DNA of 64,000 nucleotides. Source: Rebecca billardiae RCC1528. Lineage: Eukaryota > Protista > Haptophyta. A program made the translations under genes and the position numbers. Shown piece after piece: positions 23,938 through 35,061 of this stretch; position 1 is the first letter of the stretch, and every line of letters begins with the position of its first letter. A model generated the notes under the pieces. The model was not told the DNA's origin. It saw only the letters and a program-made list of their open reading frames with translations, and ran no database searches. The stretch spans positions 558,001 to 622,000 of the forward strand of contig OZ251242.1 in NCBI GenBank assembly GCA_965240325.2. The letters run 5' to 3'.

Positions 23938-24987
23938 ATGGGGATCTCCATGTTCGTCCAGACCGCGCACGACACGGAGCTCTCGGAGCTTCAGTCGTTC
24001 CGATTCGACGATGCCCTGCTGCTCGAAGTGCTCTCGTCGGGCATCAGACGCGGCCGCGGTGCATCGGATGAGCAGGTGACGACCGAGTCCATGCGCGAAG
24101 AGAGCCTCGCCGAGGCGATCGTCCCCCGCGGGGACGAGCTCGTCGACTTCTTAGTCGGAACGTGTCTGCGCCCGCCTGGCGCTCCGCGTGGAGTCGCCGT
24201 GTCGCTCTGTATCACGCCGATCATGCCGCCGGAGCTCGCGGGCGCAGGGGCTCCGGTGATGCGTCATGCGCAGCGTGCTCAGATCCTCAGGGCCGCCTTC
24301 CCGCTGCAGTGGCAGCTGGAGGTCACCGCGCTGTCCGGGTGGGACATGGACGACGAGGGGGTGGACGTGGTCGAGGAGCCCCGCCCCGGGCGCGGGCCAT
24401 ATTCCTCGGCGGCCGAGGCGTGGGTCGCACTTCGCATGCTCGAGGTGGAGCTCATCGCGGCGGGGCACACGCCTGCAGTCGTGGCCGAGACGGTCGAGCG
24501 GATCGGCTGGGCGGATGACGACGTCGCCCGCTACGAACAGACGAGGCTACGCCCGCACCGTGGGCCGTGCGTGCTCGACCTCGACAAGGCGGGAGAGGCG
24601 ATCGCGTTTGCGACCTGCGCCGCGCTGCGAGCGGCTGGGTGTGATCGGTACGCGCGCTCTGCGCGCCGGCCCCTGCTCGGCTGCTTCGGCACCCACCGCG
24701 ATGGGCAAGACATGACCGTCGGGAGTAACGTGTGCTACGGCCCGATCCAGATGCTCTTCTCGTACATGGTTCATGAGCTCGACCACCAGCTGCGCCTCGT
24801 GGGCGAGGAGCAATTCGCCTCCGCGTGGGCCGATGCCGACTGGCCTGAGGCCGTCGGCGCCCTCTCACGAGAGCGGCTCAAGACTGAGCAGGAAGCGTCG
24901 GCAGGGCTCGAGTGCTTTCGCGAGCTGAAGGCGTTCGTCCGCTCGGCCGCCGAGCGTGGCCTCGGGCTCATGATTCATCACTGGTAG
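23938..24987 (+). CDS. DUF1877/YfbM-like protein
   Basis: MGISM start, LDLDKA motif and C-terminal FRELKAFVRSAAERGLGLMI match the DUF1877 pattern. Intronless. Confidence 0.65.
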   Translation: MGISMFVQTAHDTELSELQSFRFDDALLLEVLSSGIRRGRGASDEQVTTESMREESLAEAIVPRGDELVDFLVGTCLRPPGAPRGVAVSLCITPIMPPELAGAGAPVMRHAQRAQILRAAFPLQWQLEVTALSGWDMDDEGVDVVEEPRPGRGPYSSAAEAWVALRMLEVELIAAGHTPAVVAETVERIGWADDDVARYEQTRLRPHRGPCVLDLDKAGEAIAFATCAALRAAGCDRYARSARRPLLGCFGTHRDGQDMTVGSNVCYGPIQMLFSYMVHELDHQLRLVGEEQFASAWADADWPEAVGALSRERLKTEQEASAGLECFRELKAFVRSAAERGLGLMIHHW

Positions 24988-25220
24988 ATCGAGCGCGCGG
25001 TTGCCAGTGCCGGTGGGCTACGGCGGTGCCCGCAGGGCCAGGGGGCCGTGGCGGTGGTGCCTCGGGCCGAACCGCGCGTTCCGTACTCGGTCCGCGTAAC
25101 TCACCCGTTGGGCGCCTGATCATCGGAGCTCTCAATCGGCGGCGCGTCGTAGCACAATATATAAGTTGACCGGGCTGAGAGACTCAGAGAGCAGTAGAGA
25201 GTAGCAGTTATATATTAGCA

Positions 25221-25221
<1 letters not shown>

Positions 25222-25261
<40 letters not shown>
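25222..25261. repeat. (TA)n microsatellite
   Basis: Directly visible between two convergent genes. Confidence 0.95.
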
Positions 25262-25264
<3 letters not shown>

Positions 25265-25522
25265 TTCGTAAAATATTCGATCGTCGGAATTATAACTCGA
25301 CTTTTATTTCTGCCGTAATAATCTGCTGCTGTCGTTCAGCCGGATGCGAGCCTCGTGACCGACCACTCGGGCACGAGTAAGACTACCGCAGACCACGATC
25401 GTGTGGCAGTCTCCACACCCTGCTGGCGGGTCACGGAGCTCACTCAGCAGGGTAGGGTCGCGCGCCGCGCGGCGACATATTGATATAGCGCTAGCGATGG
25501 TGCCGCTCTCCTCCGCCCGCGA

Positions 25523-26790
25523 TCAGACGCGCCGTATCGTGCCGCCCTCGACGAGCGCGCACGCCGTGTACACCTCGCGGTACCGCACGAGCGCGGCGAC
25601 AGTTGGCACCACGTCACGCAGCTCCTGCTCGCATGCGCGGAGCCACTCCTGAGCGCACGCGGATCGCAGCGCGGCGTTCGAGGTGCCCGGCGGGCAGACG
25701 GCGACCATGCGTGCCGCGGCCGCCGCCATCGGCTCCGCCCACACCGCCTCGGACGCCAGCAGCGGGTAGTCCTCGCCCTTGGCCCGCGCCTTGGCCACCG
25801 CGATCGCCCTGCGGGCGAGGGCGAGGCCGACGGGCGGGGCGCGTGAGCCGCGGGCACGGGCGCGTCGGCCCGGGTGCGGGCGCAGGCCAGGGGGCGCGCG
25901 CGCGCGCACGTGTCAAAGTACTCCGAGTCCACGTCGGCCAGCAGCACGACCGCCGGCGTGCGCAGCTGCGCCGCGCCGTACGCCACCCCCTGCAGCGCGT
26001 CCGCGGTCAAGGCCCCCCCGGGAGACTCGACCGTGTACAGGTACGAGTCAGGCAGCCCAAACCGCTTGGCGAGGGCGAAGGGGAGGTCGTCCGAGACGAC
26101 GAAGGTGACGTCGGGCGCGTCGTACGCGCCGAGTGGCTCGTCGGCGAGGTCGCGCACCTCCCCGCGCGACACCTTGAGCGCGCTGAGCAGCAGGTCGGCC
26201 ACGACGGCCTCGCCCGCCTGCGCGCCCTTGCCCGGCTTGGGCGGCGGCGGCTGCTCGCGCTTGCCGCTCGCGTGCTGGATGGCGAGCTGCCGCTTGCGCT
26301 CGGACTCCGCGGCGTTCGCGTCGGTGATCTTCTGCCACTGCTCCGCCGTGTACGCGCTCTCAAAGTTCATGTCGTACTTGCGCTTGCACTGCGGGCGGCG
26401 CGCGCGGCGCGCCAGACGCGTGAGCGCGCGCGCTGCGCGCGCGCGCGCGACCGGGCCGGCGGAGGCGTGCGCGCGCACGTCGTCATTGAACTCGACGAGG
26501 CCACCCACGAGGTACCCGGCGCCCGTGTACGCGAACGGCGAGTGCCCGTCCGCGTACTTGGCGAAGCCAAACTTGGCGCACACGCGCTTGGCGTACTCGG
26601 GCCACTCGGCCGGGTGGCTGCGGTGGAAGGTGCACGAGACATCGGCGAGGTTGTGCATGATCAGCTCGCCGAGGTACTCCATCTTGGCGTAGTCCATGCT
26701 GTCCGCCGGGCCCACCACGTAGTACGTGGGCTCCCCATTCTCGTTGCCCAGCTGCTGCTGCTGCTGCTGGCCCGGCGCCTGCTCCACCAT
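25523..26790 (-). CDS. MDH1B/PPIL6-type N-terminal domain fused to a degenerate beta-carbonic-anhydrase-like domain (introns 26389-26478, 25809-25909)
   Basis: YVVGPADSMDYAKMEYL...HPAEW...SPFAY...LVGGLVEF resembles the MDH1B N-terminus. PDVTFVVSDD...LYTVESPGG...GVAYGAAQLRTPAVVLLAD follows beta-CA spacing. Both splice junctions are in frame. Confidence 0.7.
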
Positions 26791-26961
26791 CGTGCGGGGT
26801 GCAGCCGTGTAACGGTGCCGTTGAAAGGCGCGTCAGTGTCACCGCCTCACCGGCAAAAACAATTTAAATCGCACTGCCCCGAAAAATCGGGCCCGATCGA
26901 ACGCGGGAAGGGTGCTGACGCGAGCGGTAAGCCGGCGCGCTCGGGATTCCGCGCGGCGCAG

Positions 26962-28605
26962 ATGGCGCGGCCGGTGCCGCGAACGGCGGCGGACGCGGTC
27001 GAGCTCGCGCGCGGCGCATTCGGGCTGCGCGTCAACCTCACCTCCGCCACGCAGCTCCCGTCGTACGATGACCAGAACTGGCTGCTGCACGTGAACGGCA
27101 CGGCGCGGTACGTGCTGAAGGTGGCGGCAGCGGGCGCCGAGTGCCGCGGCTTTGCGGACGACGGCGCGACGCTCGCGCAGCTGCGGCTGGAGAACGCGGC
27201 GATGCGCGCGTTGCACGCGCGCGGCGTGAGCGTCGCGCTCCCGCTCCGCGCCTCGACCGGCGAGGACGTCGTGCGCGTGCCCGCGCCGGCCGCGGCGGGC
27301 GGCGCGGCGTGCGCGCCGGCGTCCGCCGACGCGCGCGGCGCGCGATGCTCGCCGCCCGGCTCGACGCCGTCCACGCCCTCTCGCCGCCACGCTGAACCGC
27401 CGCCCACCGAGTTTGTGCGGCTGCTCACGTTCGAGCGTGGCGAGCTGCTGGCGCGCGTGCAGCACTCGCGGCCGCTGCTGCGCGCGCTCGGCGTGGCGGT
27501 GGCGCAGACGTCGCTCGCGCTGCGCACGGGGCTATCGGCGGCGGACGAGGCCACCGCCGCGACGCGCCACCTCTCCTGGGACCTCGCCAACGCGCCCGCC
27601 ACGCGCCGCCACCTGCAGGCGGTGAGCGAGCCGTCCGACCGCGCGCTGGCCGCACGCTTCCTCGACGGCTTTGTGCGCTGCGCCAGGGAGCGCGAGGCGC
27701 TGGGCGCGCAGGTGATCCACGGGGACCTGAACGACTACAACATACTCGTGCAGCCGCAGGCGCTGGCGGGGGGCGCGCCGGGCGCCGAGGGCGGCGGCGC
27801 GAACGGCGCGCACGATGCGGGTGGCGCCGCCGGCGGCAGCGGCAGCGGCGGCGGGTGCGGCGGGTGCGGCGTGCCGTGCAGCGCGGGCGTCACTCTGCTC
27901 GACTTTGGCGACATCGTGCGCGCACGGGCGCAGAGCACGGCGCGCGCCGCGTGCGCGCGCGCGCCGCGCCCACGCGCGCCCGTCCCCGCCTCGGCCCCGC
28001 GCCCCTCCCCCCGCCCCCACGCGCAGGCCCACTCCGCGCGGCTGCACGACCTGGCGGTCTGCCTCGCGTACGTGTGTCAGAACAAGCCGGACGGGCGCGC
28101 GGCGCTGCAGGCGGCGTGCGAGGTGGTGCGCGGGTACAGCGCGTGGGCGGCCGCGCAGGCGCGCGCGGCGGAGGCGGAGGGCGCCTCCGCCGCCGGCGTG
28201 ACCTCCGCCGCCGCGCGCGAGCTCCCGCTCTCCCGGCTCGAGCTGCAGCTGCTGCACACGTGCGTGTGCGCGCGGCTGGCGCAGTCGGTGCTCATGTCCG
28301 CGCACGCCGTGCAGGAGGAGCCGCACAACGCGGAGTACCTGCTCGTCAACGCGCAGCCCGGCTGGCGGCTGATGCGCCAGTGGCAGTCGCTCACGCCCGC
28401 CGCCGCGGCCGCCGCGTACATCGGCGCCGCGACCGAGGGGGCGGGCGGCCGCCGCCCGCGCGCCGGCCAGCCGCTGCGCTGGGCGCCGCGCACGCGCCGC
28501 GGCCGGCAGCGGCTCGCGGGCGCGCTCGCCGGCCTCGCGGCCGTGCTCGCCTTCGGCGTCGGCTGGGCCGCCGTCCGCGCCGTACGAAGGCGCGCGGCGG
28601 GCTGA
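26962..28605 (+). CDS. Hydroxylysine kinase (HYKK/AGPHD1)-like phosphotransferase with C-terminal TM anchor (probable in-frame intron 27916-28026)
   Basis: LPSYDDQN, YVLKV, VRLLTF, WDL, QVIHGDLNDYNILV, LLDFGD, EPHNAEYLL. Confidence 0.88.
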   Translation: MARPVPRTAADAVELARGAFGLRVNLTSATQLPSYDDQNWLLHVNGTARYVLKVAAAGAECRGFADDGATLAQLRLENAAMRALHARGVSVALPLRASTGEDVVRVPAPAAAGGAACAPASADARGARCSPPGSTPSTPSRRHAEPPPTEFVRLLTFERGELLARVQHSRPLLRALGVAVAQTSLALRTGLSAADEATAATRHLSWDLANAPATRRHLQAVSEPSDRALAARFLDGFVRCAREREALGAQVIHGDLNDYNILVQPQALAGGAPGAEGGGANGAHDAGGAAGGSGSGGGCGGCGVPCSAGVTLLDFGDIVRARAQSTARAACARAPRPRAPVPASAPRPSPRPHAQAHSARLHDLAVCLAYVCQNKPDGRAALQAACEVVRGYSAWAAAQARAAEAEGASAAGVTSAAARELPLSRLELQLLHTCVCARLAQSVLMSAHAVQEEPHNAEYLLVNAQPGWRLMRQWQSLTPAAAAAAYIGAATEGAGGRRPRAGQPLRWAPRTRRGRQRLAGALAGLAAVLAFGVGWAAVRAVRRRAAG

Positions 28606-28868
28606 CGCCGGGGCCGATGACCGGCATCCGTCTCGTCTGGTCGACGACCGTCATCCGTCTCTGCCCTCGCCCGGAACTACTGGCCTGCGCGCCCGTCACT
28701 CGGCGCCGCAGTCTCTGTCTCACATACATGCCGAGTGATGCCGACGGCGGCCGACATCATACGGAGTCGACTACGAGTCGCGCGTATCGTCAGTCGTAGC
28801 AGCGACGACGATATGATCATCGCGCGTCGTCAGCGCGCATATCAGTACGGCAGTGGTGTCGCGCGTCG

Positions 28869-28894
28869 TATTATTATTATTATTATTATTATTA

Positions 28895-28938
<44 letters not shown>

Positions 28939-29041
28939 ATAATTAAACTGACCGTGCGCTGATATGCTGCTTGCGCGGCTATATAAGCCGGCTGTATGGC
29001 GACGAACGTGCCGACGGCGCGTATATATATATATATATATA
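28869..29041. repeat. (ATT)n and (TA)n microsatellites
   Basis: Directly visible between two convergent genes. Confidence 0.95.
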
Positions 29042-29110
29042 GCATCGTCAGTATTAACAACTACTTCGCCGCTGCGGCCGCCGGCCCGGTGGCCGGTGCG
29101 GCCGGTGCCC

Positions 29111-32100
29111 TCACTGCCCACCGCTGACGTTGCCACACTCAGCCTCGTCGTAGTTGTCGTCGAGCAGCTCCACCGTGACCGGCGGACAGTCCACGCGCCC
29201 GCGCGTGGCCTGCGCCATGGCCACAAGCATCAGCAGCGCTGTGCCAGCCAGGGCGGCAGACGCCGCGCCCAGCCAGGCCACGCTGACGCTGTCGTTGCTC
29301 CACGCACGAAGCTCCGCGACATCCGCAACACCGGAGTCCACCATTGACCTCCCGACGAAGATGGGCTCTCCTGGCACCGACGGAAGGGCGACTTCACCTT
29401 GCGTGCTGCTTAGCACGCGCCTCCCATTCGCTGCGCATGCAAACGGCGTGTGCGCCAGCTGCCACAGCGTGTTGAGCTCAGAGCTGCCCGCGCCGTCCGG
29501 CGCTGCGCTGAAGACGAGGGCGTAGTGCTCGTAGGTCGTGCCGTCCGCTGCCGCTGCGTACGGCACGCGGTACGCACCGTCTTGCACCGCCGTCGCCTCG
29601 CCGACGATCGGCCAGCCCGCGCTGGTCGTTGCGCGCGCGTAGAACCACACGCGCACGACGCTGCCCACGTCGAGCCCGACGGAGCCGAGCAGCTCAGCCG
29701 GCAGCGTGAGCTCAGCCGCGCACGCTCCCACGCGCTCGAGGCGCGTGTGCAGCCGAGATGCGTCCTCGACGCTCGTCACAAGTGCCATGTCGCTCGGCGG
29801 TGGTGCCGGCGATGGCGACGTGGGCGGTGGCGACGGGGATGGCGACGGCGGTGAGGGAGAGGGCGAGGGCGACGGAGGTGGCGGCGATGGAGACGGCGAC
29901 GGCGAGGCGCACAAGAAGGGCGTGTGCGCCAGCTGCCACAGCGTGTTGAGCTCAGAGCTGCCCGAGCCGTCCGCCGCTGCGCTGAAGACGAGGGCGTAGT
30001 GCTCGTAGGTCGTGCCGTCCGCTGCCGCTGCGTACGGCACGCGGTACGCACCGTCTTGCACCGCCGTCGCCTCGCCAATGATCGGCCAGCCCGTGCTGGT
30101 CGTTGCGCGCGCGTAGAACCACACGCGCACGACGCTGCCCACGTCGAGCCCGACGGAGCCGAGCAGCTCAGCCGGCAGCGTGAGCTCAGCCGCGCACGCG
30201 CCCACGCGCTCGAGGCGCGTGTGCAGCCGAGATGCGTCCTCGACGCTCGTCACAAGTGCCATGTCGCTCGGCGGTGGTGCCGGCGATGGCGACGTGGGCG
30301 GTGGCGACGGGGATGGCGACGGCGGTGGGGGAGAGGGCGAGGGCGACGGAGGTGGCGGCGATGGAGACGGCGACGGCGAGGCGCACAAGAAGGGCGTGTG
30401 CGCCAGCTGCCACAGCGTGTTGAGCTCAGAGCTGCCCGAGCCGTCCGCTGCGCTGAAGACGAGGGCGTAGTGCTCGTAGGTCGTGCCGTGCGCTGCCGCT
30501 GCGTACGGCACGCGGTACGCACCGTCTTGCACCGTCGTCGCCTCGCCGACGATCGGCCAGCCCGTGCTGGTTGTTGCGCGCGCGTAGAACCACACGCGCA
30601 CGACGCTGCCCACGTCGAGCCCGACGGAGCCGAGCAGCTCAGCCGGCAGCGTGAGCTCAGCTGCGCACGCGCCCACGCGCTCGAGGCGCGTGTGCAGCCG
30701 AGATGCGTCCTCGACGCTCGTCACAAGTGCCATGTCGCTCGGCGGTGGTGCCGGCAATGGCGACGGAGGTGGCGGCGATGGTGAAGGTGATGGAGGAGGG
30801 GGAGAGGGCGAGGGCGACGTGGGCGGTGGCGACGGGGATGGCGACGGCGGTGAGGGAGAGGGCGAGGGCGACGGAGGTGGCGGCGATGGAGACGGCGACG
30901 GCGAGGCGCACAAGAAGGGCGTGTGCGCCAGCTGCCACAGCGTGTTGAGCTCAGAGCTGCCCGAGCCGTCCGCCGCTGCGCTGAAGACGAGGGCGTAGTG
31001 CTCGTAGGTCGTGCCGTCCGCTGCCGCTGCGTACGGCACGCGGTACGCACCGTCTTGCACCGCCGTCGCCTCGCCAATGATCGGCCAGCCCGTGCTGGTC
31101 GTTGCGCGCGCGTAGAACCACACGCGCACGACGCTGCCCACGTCGAGCCCGACGGAGCCGAGCAGCTCAGCCGGCAGCGTGAGCTCAGCTGCGCACGCGC
31201 CCACGCGCTCGAGGCGCGTGTGCAGCCGAGATGCGTCCTCGACGCTCGTCACAAGTGCCATGTCGCTCGGCGGTGGTGCCGGCAATGGCGACGGAGGTGG
31301 CGGCGATGGGGACGGCGACGGCGGTGAGGGAGACGGCGAGGGCGACGGAGGTGGCGGCGATGGGGATGGCGACGGCGGTGAGGGAGAGGGCGAGGGCGAC
31401 GGAGGTGGCGGCGATGGAGACGGCGACGGCGGTGAGGGAGACGGCGAGGGCGACGGAGGTGGCGGCGATGGGGACGGTGACGGCGAGGCGCACGAGAAGG
31501 GCGTGTGCGCCAGCTGCCACAGCGTGTTGAGCTCAGAGCTGCCCGCGCCGTCCGGCGCTGCGCTGAAGACGAGGGCGTAGTGCTCGTAGGTCGTGCCGTC
31601 CGCTGCCGCTGCGTACGGCACGCGGTACGCGCCGTCTTGCACCGCCGTCGCCTCGCCGACCAGTGGCCAGCCCGCGCTGGTCGTTGCGCGCGCGTAGAAC
31701 CACACGCGCACGACGCCGCCCACGTCGAGCCCGACGGAGCCGAGCAGCTCAGCCGGCAGCGTGAGCTCAGCCGCGCACGCGCCCACGCGCTCGAGGCGCG
31801 TGTGCAGCAGAGAGCTGTTGTGCGCCGAGGTGATGAGCGTGGTGGGCGCTGGCGGTGCCGGCGGGCTGGCCGGCGGGCTCGGAGGCGGCGGTGGCCGCGA
31901 CGGATGTGGCGGCGGGTTCGGAGGGGGCGGTGGCGCGGGCGGCGGCGACGGCGAGCGCAGCCCGGGGCAGAGCGGGGCCGCGTTGTCGAACGGAGGGCCG
32001 TTGGCGCCGAGGAAGGTCCGGGCGTGCTGTGAGCTGAGCGCGCACTCGCCGACGCCGCTCACGCCGAGCGAGAGCTGGTCTGGCGCGCCGAGCACGTCGC

Positions 32101-35027
32101 CCAGCAGCGTGTCGGAGAACGCGATCGCCACGCCGTTCGCGCCGGCGCCGTCGTCCAGCCCGTCCAGCTCGTACCGCACGCCGGTGCCCGCGAGGACGGG
32201 CGCACTGTACCCTCCGCGGTAGCCCCAGAGGTGGTCGTGGGTGAGGCGGCCGGCGTTGAGCCCGAGCGTGGGCGAGGCCCACTCCGGCGCCTCGCCGTCG
32301 TACCCCGGCCCGCGCAGCGTGAGCGTGCCCTGGTCCTCCGCCCAGATGGCGAGCCGGCGCACCGGCCGGTCGCAGCCGATCGCAAAGTCCCACTCGCCGC
32401 CGAGGGGCGCGCAGCCGTCCGCGCGCGCAAAGCCCGAGAGGTGGGGCGAGACGAGGGAGCGGTGGCCGCCGAGCGAGTCGTCGAGCGCGACGAAGAGCGG
32501 CACGACGGGGTTCCCGCCGGACACGCCGAAGCGCACGCGGCGGAGCACGCCGAAGTCGCCGCCCCACAGGTCGACGAAGCGCACGGCGCGCAGCACGTAC
32601 TGCACGGCGCACATCGACTGCGTGCCCGCGTCGGTCTGGTAGAGGCCGCAGTGCTGCCCGGCGTTGAGCACGCCGTCGGAGACGTACCCGCCTGCGAAGG
32701 TGACGTTGTCCAGGAAGAATGAGAACGGCCCCGCCGGGCCGTTGAAGCGCAGCACCGAGCCCGGCGGGCTGAACGGCTGCACGTCGTCGTTGGCGAAGAC
32801 CGAGTCGAGCACGTGCGCGCTCGTGCCGCCCGGGTTGGGCGCAAAGTTCTTCGACACCTTCCAGTACATCGAGTGGTAGTTCCACACGGAGACGAGCCGG
32901 CGGAACTGCACGTCGCCGAGCGTGTAGTGGCCGACGAACATCGAGTGGTACTCGAGCGAGTCCGCCACCACCGCGACCGCGCCGTTGTCGCGCCCGTCCG
33001 CGTCGAACTCCGCGCACGTCGAGAAGTCGGTCACGTACCCGTCGGTGTCGCGCGCGACGCGCCGCGGGTACTGGTTGTCGAGGTAGATGCCGAAGCGGCC
33101 GCCGCCGTGCGTGACCTGGCGCTCGAAGCGGCCGAAGGGCGCGTGCACGGTGCACACGCGGCCCCACGCGGGCCCGCGCCCGTTCGGGTCGTGCGAGCCG
33201 GGCGTGAAGATCGTGTTCTGCCAGTTGGCCACGTGGTTGCCGATGAAGTCGTTGCTCACGCCGAGCGCGTAGATGCCGGACGCGAAGATGGCCTGCGTGA
33301 ACGAGGTGGAGACCATGCACTCCTCGAACGTGGAGCACACGATGGCGTTGTGCGCGATCCGGTTGTCCATCTCGTTCCCGTCCTCCACGTAGATGCCAAC
33401 GCCGCGCGTGTCCCAGAGCACGTTCGCCTCCACGGTCGAGCCGTGCGTGCCGTGCACGGTGATGCCGCCGTGCTGCGAGTCCTCGATCGCGTTCCCCACG
33501 TACGCGCAGCGCTCGCACCGGCCGAGCAGGTGGAAGTGCGCGCAGTACCGCCCCGCGCGGCCGCGCTGCCCGCATCGCTCGATCCGCGTGTGCGTGACGC
33601 GCGCGTGCGCGCCGCGCCCGGCCACGATCGTGTGCAGCCCCTCCAGAGAGTCCGCGTCGAACGGGTCGCCCGTGACGGTGACGGTGCGCGCCAGGTTGAC
33701 GACCTCGGCGGCGATCTCGGCGCGCTGCCCCGCCACCTCGCGCCAGCCGCCCGCCGCGGCGAACTCGAGGGGCGGCTCGACGCTCACCGTGCGCGCGGCC
33801 TCGTCCAGCGCAGTGACCCGGTGCACCGTCGACGCGCCGCCGCGCCACACGAGCGTGCTCGCCACGCCGATGCGGTCGCCGACGCGCCAGCCCATCGCGC
33901 CCGGCGCGTGCTTGAGCGCGAGCGTGTGCGCGCCCGGCGCCGCGTCGGCGGCGAGCAGCGTCCACGTGCGCGCGAGCGGGCGGCCGTGCAGCTCGTAGCT
34001 CGGCTGGCGCGCCCCACCGTCCGCGCTCGCGAGCGCGCCGAGGAAGCGCACGCCGAGCACCGGGTGCGCAGCGCCGTTGCTCTTGATGTGCACGGTCGCG
34101 CGCAGCGCCATCGGCTCCGTCTCGGAGCCCACGAGCAGCCGCCCCGCGCCCTGCACGAGCACGTACCCCGCGCGCAGGGTGAGCCCGTCCACGCCGCTGT
34201 CCCAGCTGAGCGTGCCCTCGACGGTGAGCGTGCCCACGTCCGCGTCGCTGTCCAGCAGCCAGTGCTCGCCCGCCGGCACCAGGCAGCCGCCGCTGGGAGA
34301 GGCGCAGCCGGCCGGCGAGCCGGAGGCCAGCACCTCGCTCCACAGCCGCGTGACCTCGCCGGCGGCGGAGGCGGCGGCGAGCTGCCGCCGGCCTGCGCCG
34401 GGCGCGTCGGGGCGCGGCAGTGCGACGGCGCTCGGTGGCGGCGCCGCGTCGGCGTGCGTCAGCAGGCGGCCGCCGACCGCGTCGACCGCCGCCCACCCTG
34501 CGCCTCTCAGCCACACGCTCAGAGCCGCTGCGCGCGCGCCCTCGGGCGGCAGCTGGCTCACGACGCACGCAAAGCGCGAGCCGTCCGCCGCCGTCTCGTA
34601 CGCGGTGCACACGGGCGCGCCCTGGAGGTAGACGCGCGCGGCGCCGTGCGCGACGACGCGCGCCTCATCCGCGCGCACGGACGGGCCAGCGCGCGCGCGC
34701 TCGTCGGATGCGCCCGCGCTCGGCCCAGCAGCGGCAAGCGCGTGCGCCGTGAGGTGGAGGCCGCTACCCTCGCACTCGACGCGCGCGCCGAGGCGCAGCG
34801 TGGGCGTCGGCGCCACGCCGTCGTCCGACCCGCCGACGGCGGCAGCAGCCGTCGCGCTCGCGCCGTCCACGGTGCACGCGCGCACCCGCGGCGTCGCCTC
34901 CGGGCCTGCCGTCTTGAAGCGGCAGCCGGCCGGGATGCGGCACTCTACTCGCATGCCGCGCACGCGCACGTCGACTTGGGCGGCGCCGGCCGCGTGGCCG
35001 CCGCCGCCAGGGGAGGCGGCGGCGCCG

Positions 35028-35061
<34 letters not shown>

